Assembly: GCA_051439505.1 (NCBI GenBank)
Contig: JBFRWI010000127.1
Location: forward strand, 1 to 27,892
From: Hormoscilla sp.
GTDB lineage: Bacteria; Cyanobacteriota; Cyanobacteriia; Cyanobacteriales; Desertifilaceae
Length of the DNA stretch: 27,892 nucleotides
Reading direction: 5' to 3'
Positions 1-8,883 of this stretch are shown here, in pieces. Position 1 is the stretch's first letter. Each line of letters opens with the position of its first letter. The position numbers and the translations under genes were made by a program. Below the pieces are notes generated by a model. It had not been told where the DNA came from. It saw only the letters and a list, made by a program, of their open reading frames with translations, and searched no databases.

Positions 1-124
1 TGCAACCGTTGCGCCGCTGTCTGCAACCGTTGCGCCGCTGTCTGCAACCGTTGCGCCGCTGTCTGCAACCGTTGCGCCGCTGTCTGCAACCGTTGCGCCG
101 CTGTCTGCAACCGTTGCGCCGCTG
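1..124. repeat. 21-bp tandem repeat (TGCAACCGTTGCGCCGCTGTC), about 6 copies, cut by window start
   Basis: Five exact units at 1, 22, 43, 64 and 85 plus a near-complete sixth at 106. Confidence 0.95.
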
Positions 125-251
125 CTCAACATTAGTCGATTACGATCGCCTGCTACCGGTGCTTGGAAAATTGCTCTACTCTATCAACTACTTTTGAGCC
201 GCACCCCCTCCAAAGCGCCAATAGTGACTACAACCCATTGTTAATGATTTG

Positions 252-335
252 TGACAACTGACAACTGGCAACTAACAACTGACAACTAACAACTGACAAC
301 TAACAACTGACAACTGACAACTGACAACTGACAAT
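252..335. repeat. Heptamer tandem repeat T(G/A)ACAAC x12 (STRR-like)
   Basis: 12 consecutive 7-mers directly after the MFS stop codon; typical of filamentous cyanobacteria. Confidence 0.9.
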
Positions 336-337
336 AA

Positions 338-1576
338 TTAATCGATCGCATAAACATCTTTGCCCCTGCCCAGGGCGTACCGGAGAGAATGAGACAAGTT
401 ATTGCCGGACATGGTGGTGAAAATTATGAGATTGATAAAGGCGATCGCAGTAGCAAAGCCGAACAGAGTCGGATAATTAAATAAATCGGCAATGGTGCCA
501 AATACTGGACCTGCGATCGCGATGCCCAAATCAAACCCGCCCAGGCACAAACTAAAAATCCGCCCCCGTTCGTGAGGGTGACAGCGGTCTGCTATCAGAG
601 CAGACATGGAAGGAATAATCATGCCAAACCCAGACCCTTCTATGATGCCTGCAATCAAAAAGCCTCTGGCATCGAGTGGGAGAGTCCACAAAGTTAGCAT
701 CCCCAGACTATACAGCAGCAGAGAGATGCTAATAAATAGCCCTCTGCCAAACCGAGCGCTCCCGGGACCGACTCCTAAACGAGTGCAGAAACCAGCGATC
801 GCACTAGCAGTATAGAACCAGCCGGGATTCAAATCGACGCCAGTATCTTTAATAAATAAAGGAACGAAAGTTGTCCGGGCTGCAAAAGCTAGTGCTGCTA
901 ACAGCAGCACTAGGGTAGGAATGGAAATGCTTTGACTTAAGAGCAAACTCCAAAATTTGTCGGTCCTGGGCGAAGATGTCCGTTTCCGTTCGGTCTGAGG
1001 CACCGACGGTTCTCTGACAAGCAAGCCACAGACTAGACTTAACAGTCCGAACCCCGAGGTCAAGAGAAATAAGGGCTCATAACCGAATGATTCGGTCAAA
1101 GCACCCCCCACCGCAGGCCCGATCGCCACACCTAAGGGAGCGACCAACAGCATGTAGCCAATAATTTCTCCCCGATGTTGGGGAGGAGAGATATCTGCCA
1201 CCAGGGCCAGATAGGCTATGCCTTGGGCAGAAATACTGATGCCGTGGAAAGCCCGGACTGCCATCAGCACCGGAATTGACTGAAATAACAGATAGCCCAA
1301 GGGGGCGATCGCCACCACCGATATGCCAATCAACAGCACAATTTTACGACTACGTATGTCCGCCATCTGCCCCAGAGGTCTGCGAGACAGCAGCAGTCCG
1401 ATGGAAAAGGATCCGATGACAATGCCCACATCTTGAGGAGAACCCCCCACATGCTGGATATACAGAGGCAGGGTGCCCAGCAGGGAACCGATGCTGCACC
1501 AAAACAGCATACCTGCCAGGAACAGTCTCAGCAAGTTAGATCGTGACTTGGGACTGAGGGTGCTAAAAACTTTCAA
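338..1576 (-). CDS. MFS transporter
   Basis: 412 aa with about 12 hydrophobic segments; motif A-like GQMADIRSRK; ALIADRCHPHERGR in second half; TTG start. Confidence 0.9.
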   Translation of the reverse strand: MKVFSTLSPKSRSNLLRLFLAGMLFWCSIGSLLGTLPLYIQHVGGSPQDVGIVIGSFSIGLLLSRRPLGQMADIRSRKIVLLIGISVVAIAPLGYLLFQSIPVLMAVRAFHGISISAQGIAYLALVADISPPQHRGEIIGYMLLVAPLGVAIGPAVGGALTESFGYEPLFLLTSGFGLLSLVCGLLVREPSVPQTERKRTSSPRTDKFWSLLLSQSISIPTLVLLLAALAFAARTTFVPLFIKDTGVDLNPGWFYTASAIAGFCTRLGVGPGSARFGRGLFISISLLLYSLGMLTLWTLPLDARGFLIAGIIEGSGFGMIIPSMSALIADRCHPHERGRIFSLCLGGFDLGIAIAGPVFGTIADLFNYPTLFGFATAIAFINLIIFTTMSGNNLSHSLRYALGRGKDVYAID

Positions 1577-1844
1577 AACTGAATTTCCCCAGACTTACAG
1601 AATTTCCACTGCCTCACGCTTCAACAGCTTATCTTATTATGCTGTTTTGCTATCCTGCTGGGGTGCGATCGCCGGTACCCGATCGGCTTGGAGGCCAAAA
1701 AATATCAGGGCCACAAAGCCCTGATATCTATCTAGTCTGCTGGCATCGCTGAATTTGCTGCCCAGACCAGAGGAGGGGCCCTGTCGGGTGCCCCTGAATT
1801 TCGGTGCCCGCAACGACGCTTCCTGGTGAAGCACCGGTGTGGCT

Positions 1845-2105
1845 CTAGATGCCTTGACGAGAGACCAGCTTTTCAAAATTGGCCTGAGTTTGCTGTAGCA
1901 GCTGTTCTCGGCTATTTTTTGTTTGCTTGAAACTGGGGACCAGGTTGCGAGCTTGTAAGGCCATGTGAAGCTGAAGATGAGCTACATACTCGCTGAAGCC
2001 TTCACTCGATATGGGGTCTTGGGTTTGCAGTTGATTTCTATTCAAGGTGTTCTCCTTCTCTAAAGCTGCGTCATTGCCAACATCAATAGAAGTTATCACA
2101 TTCAT
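1845..2105 (-). CDS. Small hypothetical protein (cyanobacterial type)
   Basis: 86-aa ATG ORF with helical C-half FSEYVAHLQLHMALQARNLVP; function unknown. Confidence 0.7.
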   Translation of the reverse strand: MNVITSIDVGNDAALEKENTLNRNQLQTQDPISSEGFSEYVAHLQLHMALQARNLVPSFKQTKNSREQLLQQTQANFEKLVSRQGI

Positions 2106-2163
2106 CAGACTCTCTGGGCTAGCTGTTCATAAAACTTAACCTTTGGGTGCTCTTTTCGGTAAT

Positions 2164-2191
2164 TTTGTCATGGTATGTAACATTTTGTGAA
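2164..2191 (-). promoter_or_regulatory. HLR1-like direct repeats (possible RpaB/OmpR-type site)
   Basis: Minus strand reads TTCACAAA-AT-GTTACATA-CC-ATGACAAA: three 8-mers at 10-bp period, one matching KTTACAWW exactly, about 60 bp upstream of the 86-aa gene. Confidence 0.35.
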
Positions 2192-2258
2192 TTTTGGCTG
2201 AGATTATGGTATCCTGTAAGATTATCTTGTAGGAGGGGCGGTCATGCCAGTTGGCAAG

Positions 2259-2370
2259 GGCGATATGTGGCATTTTCCCTATCGACATTACGTCGATAGG
2301 GAAAATGCCACATACGGTAGGTGTTTCCCCAAAAGGCGCAATGCCTTTTGGGGAAACACCTACCTTCGCC
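2259..2370. repeat. Twin perfect hairpins closed by a short outer stem
   Basis: 23-bp stem 2264-2286/2292-2314, 22-bp stem 2316-2337/2343-2364, both with 5-nt loops; GGCGA/TCGCC closes the pair. Confidence 0.9.
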
Positions 2371-2497
2371 GTTAGTTGACGAGAAAGCCAACAGCAGCAT
2401 CGGTTGAATAATGCTATGCTGAAAGAGCCTGTTCTCAGAAAGCATGACAAATTGAAAATTGAAAATTGAAAATTGAATAACTAACAACTAACTGATT

Positions 2498-2552
2498 TGG
2501 TGGGCAGTGCCCACCCTACGCAACCTGGTGGGTAGTGCCCACCCTACGCAAC
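2498..2552 (-). repeat. Two tandem GTAG-type REP-like palindromes (GTAGGGTGGGCACTRCCCACC)
   Basis: TGGTGGG(C/T)AGTGCCCACCCTACGCAAC at 2498 and 2526; AAATTGA heptamers lie just upstream (~2449-2476). Confidence 0.8.
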
Positions 2553-2569
2553 GGCAGGAGAAAAAGGAG

Positions 2570-3250
2570 ATGAAGAAACATTTTGCAGTTGTGATGTATC
2601 TGCTGCGGGAACGGCAGCAGTTTCTGCAAGAAATTCGCCAAGGGATCAAACTAAAAACTAAATTCTTAGGTCTGCTGATTTCTAGTTCCACATTTTTTGC
2701 CATCTATGGCCTGATAATGGGAGCATCCAGTAGTTGGTATCAAGCACTGGTTTCAGCAATTAAGTTGCCCGCCCTCTACTTGCTGACAGCGATGATCTGC
2801 TTCCCAACATTATACTTTTTCAATGTCATGTTTGGGTCGAAGCGAAATTTCGAGCAGTATTTGACCTTGCTGATGACGGCCATGTCATTAATTAGCGTTT
2901 TAATGTTTGGGTTTGCCCCGGTAACGCTGCTTTTTATGCTGAGTACAAACAATTACAGCTTTTTTCTGTTGCTGAATGTGACAATTCTCGGACTAACGGG
3001 ATGTTTGGGAGTTAATTTCTTCTATCAAGGCATGAAATTTCTTGCCGAGCAAGATAGCGAGGGTTGGGAACTCCGTTCTCAAATTTTGCTCTTATGGTTG
3101 CTGCTTTATGCTTTTGTCGGCTGTCAATTGGGATGGACATTGAGACCTTTTTTCGGCTCCCCGGGATCGCCTTTCCAGCTTTTTCGCGAACTGGAAAGCA
3201 ATTTTTATGTTGCCATAATCAAAGCGATATACTCTCTGTTAGGGTATTAA
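2570..3250 (+). CDS. Conserved multi-pass membrane protein of unknown function
   Basis: AAGGAG directly before ATG 2570 (unusually short spacing); 5-6 TM segments; GCQLGWTLRPFFGSP motif; the ORF-track N-terminal extension runs through REP repeats. Confidence 0.8.
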   Translation: MKKHFAVVMYLLRERQQFLQEIRQGIKLKTKFLGLLISSSTFFAIYGLIMGASSSWYQALVSAIKLPALYLLTAMICFPTLYFFNVMFGSKRNFEQYLTLLMTAMSLISVLMFGFAPVTLLFMLSTNNYSFFLLLNVTILGLTGCLGVNFFYQGMKFLAEQDSEGWELRSQILLLWLLLYAFVGCQLGWTLRPFFGSPGSPFQLFRELESNFYVAIIKAIYSLLGY

Positions 3251-3276
3251 CTTAAATCTCTATTTAGCAGCAAATT

Positions 3277-3954
3277 ATGCAACAGGATTTGGCAGATTTA
3301 CAAATTACGGAAAAAGAGGTAGAATCATTAAGTGGCCTAGCATGGGAGGAGGGGTTAGTCGGAAATTTCTACAGCGGCGGGGGAGTAAAACTGCTGCCAA
3401 AGCAGTTACTGGCATTTGCTCTGACCTTAATTATCTCTCTACCCCTGGCATTACTCCTGACTAAGAATAGCAGTTATGGACCGGAAGATTCTCAGGCGAT
3501 CGCCCAACTGGCAATCATTACCTTGGGGTTATCTTTTCTGCTCACTTTGGGTTGGAATATCTATATGTGGAGAAAAGCAAAGCCTCTGAAAACTTTGGCA
3601 CGTCTGCTGGATGAAGTTGATAAGTTTGCCCGCGTGATTAAAGCGGTAGATATTATCGATAAACTAACAGCAGCGGGTAACATGGAGGCTAATTTAATTA
3701 ACCGCGAGGAGGTAATGGATGGCCTGCGGGTGACTAGAGACAGTTTAACTTCGGCGTTGCAGACAGAAAGAATTCTCAGAGAAAATCAGGATTTTATTAG
3801 CAATCACTATCAGTTATTTGCTAATCTGGAAAATCATCTGGCAGCTTTGATGGCATTAGAGGTGAACAACCAGGCAAGTGAATATGGCAGGTTACTGAAT
3901 GAAGCATTGGAAATTGGCATGAGCGTGCAGCGGGAAATGCGAAAATTACAGTAA
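3277..3954 (+). CDS. Hypothetical membrane protein (2 TM plus helical C-terminal region)
   Basis: 225 aa; 26 bp after previous gene, probably co-transcribed. Confidence 0.8.
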   Translation: MQQDLADLQITEKEVESLSGLAWEEGLVGNFYSGGGVKLLPKQLLAFALTLIISLPLALLLTKNSSYGPEDSQAIAQLAIITLGLSFLLTLGWNIYMWRKAKPLKTLARLLDEVDKFARVIKAVDIIDKLTAAGNMEANLINREEVMDGLRVTRDSLTSALQTERILRENQDFISNHYQLFANLENHLAALMALEVNNQASEYGRLLNEALEIGMSVQREMRKLQ

Positions 3955-3994
3955 GGACTTTCCCAATGCAAGAATTTTGAATTTTGAATTGCTT

Positions 3995-4765
3995 ATGACA
4001 CCGACCCCGTGGCAACCAGCACCAGCTTCTTTACAGATATCCTCAGATGTAGTTCATGTCTGGCGGGCTAACCTCAACTTACATCAACAACAGATCCAGC
4101 AACTACTCCCTACTCTCTCGGAAGACGAGCAGCAAAGGGCAGCGCGATTTTATTTCCAGCGCGATCGCCTGCATTTCATCGCCGCTCGCGGTATACTCAG
4201 AACTATCCTGGGCAACTACTTAACCATAGCACCAAGTCAGCTGATATTTAGTTATAGTCCCCGTGGCAAACCCGCCCTTGATGCGCGTCACAATAGCAAT
4301 TTTGGTAAACTAAAATTTAACCTTTCTCATTCTCACGGACTCGCCTTGTATGCGATCGCCCTCGACCGAGAAATTGGTATCGATCTAGAATACATTCGGG
4401 AGATCGAAGCAGAACAACTAGCCAAGCGCTTCTTTAGCGATCGGGAATATGCCTCTATTATTTCTGTGGAGCCCCAACAGCGACAAACAGCATTTTTTCA
4501 TTACTGGACTTGTAAAGAAGCCTATCTGAAAGCCACCGGAGATGGGTTAGTAGGATTGGAAAAAATCGAAATTTCTCTTAGTGCAAAAGAACCGCACCTC
4601 GTTCCCACGGCAACCCCTGGGAACGCGAGTACAGATAAACAACAGCCAGACCCAGGGTGGTCTCTCAAGCAAATCAATCCCGGGTCTGGCTATATCGCCG
4701 CCGTAGTAGTAGCAGGAGGCGGTTGGCGTCTGCAAACTTGGGACTTTGCTCAAACCCCTGCATGA
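3995..4765 (+). CDS. hetI: 4'-phosphopantetheinyl transferase, Sfp/HetI type
   Basis: GKP, FNLSHS, IGIDLE and WTCKEAYLKATGDG motifs. Confidence 0.92.
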   Translation: MTPTPWQPAPASLQISSDVVHVWRANLNLHQQQIQQLLPTLSEDEQQRAARFYFQRDRLHFIAARGILRTILGNYLTIAPSQLIFSYSPRGKPALDARHNSNFGKLKFNLSHSHGLALYAIALDREIGIDLEYIREIEAEQLAKRFFSDREYASIISVEPQQRQTAFFHYWTCKEAYLKATGDGLVGLEKIEISLSAKEPHLVPTATPGNASTDKQQPDPGWSLKQINPGSGYIAAVVVAGGGWRLQTWDFAQTPA

Positions 4766-5724
4766 CCGAAGGCCAAACCAGTTACCAGCATTCCCAGTAC
4801 CAAGAAAGGTTGAGCGCTAGCCTGATATTTAACATCATTTTCCAAAGGATTGCGCAGGAAATACATATCCTGAAAAGTGATTTGGGGAATAATCAGCAGT
4901 AGCACGATCGCGCCATACAATTTTTCGTGAATGCCAATCAAATAAGCACCGATCCCCGCTTGAAAAACATCAATCATCACCGCCGATATCCAAGCTGCCG
5001 TCATCACGCCAAACATAACTGGCAAAGAATTTAACCCCTGATCTTTATCTCCTTCCACACTTTTGAAATCATTCACAACTGCAATTCCCAAACCAGCCAA
5101 ACTGTAGAAGAGAGTCAGAACGATAATCGTCCAGTTCAACTCGCCAAATAAAGCATGACCCGCCCACCAAGGCAGAGAGATGTAACTCGCACCGAGGGCG
5201 TAATTTCCCAACCAGCCATTTTTCTTCAGCTTCAAAGGAGGAGCCGAATAAATGTAAGATAAATAAGCCCCACCTACGGCGATCGCGCTAATCACCTTCA
5301 TGTCGTGACCCGCCCAGATATCCAAAGCGAAGGCCACCGCCAACCCCGCCAATAGCAACACCCAAATTTGGACCTGCACCTGCTCCCTGGAAATCGCACC
5401 CGAAGGAATGGGACGATAAGGTTCATTAATCGCGTCTATTTCCGCATCGTACAAATCATTCAAAGTTTGAGTATATCCCGTCATCAAAGGGCCAGACAGC
5501 AACATACAGGCAGCAGCAACCAAAACATTCTCTATTGTCCAGGTAAAATTTCCCGAAGACGCCGCCCCGCACACCACTCCCCAGATCAGAGGTATCCAGG
5601 TGATCGGTTTCATCAGTTGCAAGCGGATTTTCCAGATCGACGTTTCTCCCACATCCGCACCCTTCATGCCCAACATCTGCCGGCTTTTGGCTCGGCGCTT
5701 CGATCTTATAGAATCCTCTGTCAT
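4750..5724 (-). CDS. chlG: Chlorophyll synthase
   Basis: WKIRLQLMKPITWIPLIWG, NDLYDAEIDAINEPYRPIPSG, NDFKSVEGD, DVKYQASAQPF. Confidence 0.97.
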   Translation of the reverse strand: MTEDSIRSKRRAKSRQMLGMKGADVGETSIWKIRLQLMKPITWIPLIWGVVCGAASSGNFTWTIENVLVAAACMLLSGPLMTGYTQTLNDLYDAEIDAINEPYRPIPSGAISREQVQVQIWVLLLAGLAVAFALDIWAGHDMKVISAIAVGGAYLSYIYSAPPLKLKKNGWLGNYALGASYISLPWWAGHALFGELNWTIIVLTLFYSLAGLGIAVVNDFKSVEGDKDQGLNSLPVMFGVMTAAWISAVMIDVFQAGIGAYLIGIHEKLYGAIVLLLIIPQITFQDMYFLRNPLENDVKYQASAQPFLVLGMLVTGLAFGHAGV

Positions 5725-5765
5725 TTTTCCCCTTTTCCCATCTGCAAATATACTTTTTTGTGCTC

Positions 5766-5836
5766 ATGGCTAATCACCAGAGATTAGCCATCCCTGTGTC
5801 CTGGGAGCGCCTCCCAGAGTACCCAAGACACAGGGA
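5766..5836. other. Two adjacent stem-loops between the ArsA-like gene and chlG
   Basis: ATGGCTAATC/GATTAGCCAT (5766-5791) and TCCCTGTGTCCTGGG/CCCAAGACACAGGGA (5791-5836, 14/15 match). Confidence 0.6.
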
Positions 5837-5846
5837 ATAGCGATCG

Positions 5847-7016
5847 CTAGAAAGAAATGATCAAATAACCATCCTGAAACTTAGCGCCCTTAACAGGTTT
5901 ACCACTCAGTTGCGCTGGCAAAAGGATATTGCGCCGCTGGTCACCCGCTTCGATCGTAATTTCCGGACCGTATTGGGTCAGCTTCACCTCTTTTTTATCA
6001 AAACCAGGCAAAAATAGAGTCACCCTACCAACATTGACATCAATCGTCAGGGGTCTCGGAGCCCCTGTCGCTGCCGCAAAATCTGGCAAGCTTGACCCGA
6101 TCGCCTCCCACCTGTTTCCCCGATCGGATGTGAAGGGAACTACGCTCACGGGTAAAGGAGCGAACTGATCCTTTACCCCTTGAATGTTAGTCGTTTCATC
6201 ATCAAAAGTTTCTAACAGGGCACTGAGGGTGTTGGCCAACTTAGCCACCTCTGTATCTGTTAATACCGACTTATTCAGAATTACGCCGCCAACAGTCAAA
6301 CCCACCTGCTGAGCGCTACCCCAAAGGTAACGGGCCGTGGCGATCGCCCCTGGGTCATCAGTAGTCACCAGATAAGCTACCACCTGCTGCGGGTCCGCAA
6401 TCTTTGCCTTTCCCCGATCTAGAATCTGATTCACCTCTTGGGTTGGTTGAGCGAAGTTATCCGCCGACCAGTCCCCATTCAGCACCGCACTACTGACCGG
6501 TCCCACAAACGGGGAGAGAACCTGGCCCAGTTCCGAATCAATAAACACCTGACGGAAGCGGCGGATATACCAGCTCATAATTTCTGGCGTACCCAGCATC
6601 CGCAGGGTGGAAAGATCGCCATCGCCATCGTAGACGATCGCATCATAATTGCCGCTCGCATCATACTTCCACAGGGCATATAGTCTGATAGCACTGTCCA
6701 TTCCCGGCAAGACACCCAGTTCTTCGCCGAATACCGCCTGAAAAAACGGTTTCTGGAGATATTGGGCTTCCAAATCCTTCACCTCTTGCCAACCCTTCGC
6801 CAGCAGTGGCGCGCTCAACAGCTGCACGCCCTGCAAATTCGGGGCGACCTCCTGCGGTTCCGCATTCAGGGACTTGCCCAACAGCAAGGCCGATGCTGGA
6901 GACGTGAGTGCCAGCAGCACCCGCTTGCCTTGACGCGCAAACCGCATTGCTGCCCCGATCGCCAGGGTCGTTTTGCCCGTGCCGCCCTTGCCCAAAAATG
7001 TCAAAATCACGGCCAT
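5847..7016 (-). CDS. ArsA/Get3-family ATPase with C-terminal HSP20-like domain (Get3d type)
   Basis: Deviant Walker A GKGGTGKTT; ELGVLPGMDSA; C-terminal LFLPGFDKKEVKLTQYGPEITIEAGDQRRNI. Confidence 0.88.
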   Translation of the reverse strand: MAVILTFLGKGGTGKTTLAIGAAMRFARQGKRVLLALTSPASALLLGKSLNAEPQEVAPNLQGVQLLSAPLLAKGWQEVKDLEAQYLQKPFFQAVFGEELGVLPGMDSAIRLYALWKYDASGNYDAIVYDGDGDLSTLRMLGTPEIMSWYIRRFRQVFIDSELGQVLSPFVGPVSSAVLNGDWSADNFAQPTQEVNQILDRGKAKIADPQQVVAYLVTTDDPGAIATARYLWGSAQQVGLTVGGVILNKSVLTDTEVAKLANTLSALLETFDDETTNIQGVKDQFAPLPVSVVPFTSDRGNRWEAIGSSLPDFAAATGAPRPLTIDVNVGRVTLFLPGFDKKEVKLTQYGPEITIEAGDQRRNILLPAQLSGKPVKGAKFQDGYLIISF

Positions 7017-7076
7017 CTCTGTTTTTCTACAGCAACTGTCATTTTACTCTAGCGCTTGGAGCCCAACAGGACTCCG

Positions 7077-7280
7077 CTAGTTAACCTGTTCGAGTTCCTC
7101 TTCAAAGAACCAGGTGGACAACTCCTCGGAAAACTTGACCACCACACCCACTGCCGAGCCATCGAGCATTTTGTAATCCACAATGGTCCCCTCTGGATTT
7201 TGCTGGATCTGCTTAACCATCTTGCCGGGCATGCTGCGGTCTATCACGCCGCGCACTTTTACCTTCTGACCGATTTCCAT
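7077..7280 (-). CDS. petP: Cytochrome b6f-associated PetP (DUF2862)
   Basis: MEIGQKVKV...[20 protein letters not shown]...TWFFEEEL; start placed at second Met. Confidence 0.85.
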   Translation of the reverse strand: MEIGQKVKVRGVIDRSMPGKMVKQIQQNPEGTIVDYKMLDGSAVGVVVKFSEELSTWFFEEELEQVN

Positions 7281-7401
7281 TTTATTTGCTGTTTTATGTT
7301 TGCTCTCCAACTCCACAGTTTATAGCAACAGGGATACACTCCCAAGATTTTTGTCTCCCAAACTCCTACAATATAGCTGTTTACCTCCCGAGGAAATGCC
7401 T

Positions 7402-8178
7402 ATGCTGGCCAAACGAATTTTGCCTTGTCTAGATGTCAAAGCGGGAAGGGTAGTCAAAGGTGTCAATTTTGTCAACCTCACCGATGCTGGCGATCCAGTA
7501 GAATTAGCACAGGTCTACAATGACGCTGGTGCTGACGAACTCGTCTTTTTGGATATCACCGCTACCCACGAAGACCGGAATATCATTATCGATGTTGTCT
7601 ACCGCACCGCCGAACAGGTATTTATTCCCTTAACTGTCGGTGGCGGCATCGGATCCGAGTCAATGATTAAAGATTTGTTAAGAGCTGGGGCCGATAAAGT
7701 AAGTATCAACTCAGCAGCGGTGCGCGACCCCGACTTTATTAATCGAGCCAGTTCCCGCTTCGGGAATCAATGTATTGTCGTGGCCATTGACGCCAGACGC
7801 AGATCCGATCGGGCTAACCCCGGTTGGGATGTCTACGTGCGGGGCGGCAGGGAAAATACTGGTCTTGACGCCATCAGCTGGGCCAGAGAAGTAGAGCAAC
7901 GGGGTGCTGGCGAACTTCTAGTTACCAGTATGGACGCCGATGGCACCCAGGCTGGATATGACTTAGAACTCACCCGCACCATTGCCGAAGCAGTGGAAAT
8001 TCCCGTAATTGCCTCTGGTGGTGCTGGCAACTGCGACCACATCTATCAAGCCCTCACTACTGGCAAAGCCGAAGCCGCTCTCTTAGCTTCCCTGCTACAT
8101 TACGGACAATTAACCGTCAGTGAAATCAAACAGCATCTGGCAGGCCACCAAGTCCCCGTCCGCGTTGTCGGTTGTTAA
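7402..8178 (+). CDS. hisF: Imidazole glycerol phosphate synthase cyclase subunit
   Basis: [54 protein letters not shown]. Confidence 0.97.
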   Translation: MLAKRILPCLDVKAGRVVKGVNFVNLTDAGDPVELAQVYNDAGADELVFLDITATHEDRNIIIDVVYRTAEQVFIPLTVGGGIGSESMIKDLLRAGADKVSINSAAVRDPDFINRASSRFGNQCIVVAIDARRRSDRANPGWDVYVRGGRENTGLDAISWAREVEQRGAGELLVTSMDADGTQAGYDLELTRTIAEAVEIPVIASGGAGNCDHIYQALTTGKAEAALLASLLHYGQLTVSEIKQHLAGHQVPVRVVGC

Positions 8179-8332
8179 TGCCAGAATCTAGATGGCTGCT
8201 CGGCTCGAAGGAAAAATTGTTACAATTCTTCATATGTGGCCAGTTCTGACTAGATCCACTGCTGGCGACAAGAGCGGTGTGGGTTAGAAAAATTAGAGGT
8301 CGCTGAGTCAAGAGCGGGTAGCGGTAAAAACC

Positions 8333-8635
8333 ATGTTTATTATTCTGGTAATTGTGATATTATTGATAGCCTGGTCTCTCCACTTGATGGAAGAAGCGGT
8401 TGAGCAGCAGGAATTCTCCTTGATGTTAGCAGGCTTTCTGGTGGCAGTTGCTGCCGCAGCTATGGTAGCAGTTTATTTCCTGATGGGGCATTATGTGGGC
8501 TATATGCAACAGATTCACGCAAGTGAGTATAATCAATCCCTAACCTGGGTGATACCCCAAGAGGATAGGGAAAGCATGGCCGGTCAGACACCAGACCAGC
8601 TCTTTATCGGGGCGATCGGCAGAGTAAACAGATGA
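8333..8635 (+). CDS. Small hypothetical membrane protein
   Basis: 100 aa with two hydrophobic helices flanking EQQEFSLMLAG. Confidence 0.7.
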   Translation: MFIILVIVILLIAWSLHLMEEAVEQQEFSLMLAGFLVAVAAAAMVAVYFLMGHYVGYMQQIHASEYNQSLTWVIPQEDRESMAGQTPDQLFIGAIGRVNR

Positions 8636-8883
8636 GCGACTACTACAGATGAGGACTGGGAAAAATATCCCATATGGGGCAAGTTAGAGTTAGGTGTTGG
8701 CTGAGGGTTTTCCTTGCCAAAGCCGACGAGGTTGGATCTACTCTCTCACCTAGGGCTGCTTTGAGCTAGTTCAGAACACCGCACTTGTGGTTAGGTGAAT
8801 GTACTCTCATAACAGCCAAGGATAAGGGCATGCAGATAGACTGGCTGCTTGTCGGGTTGATTGCCGCTTTGAGAGACTATTGT

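Noticed and set aside
9..197. 62-aa plus-strand ORF (RRCLQPL)n
   Set aside because: Open only because of the 21-bp repeat; no evidence of coding.
3995..4765. PPTase as marker of an NRPS/PKS cluster
   Set aside because: No carrier-protein or synthase genes nearby; cyanobacteria commonly have a stand-alone Sfp-type PPTase.
4750..4765. Convergent 16-bp overlap of hetI and chlG
   Set aside because: Short tail-to-tail overlaps are common and need no special explanation.
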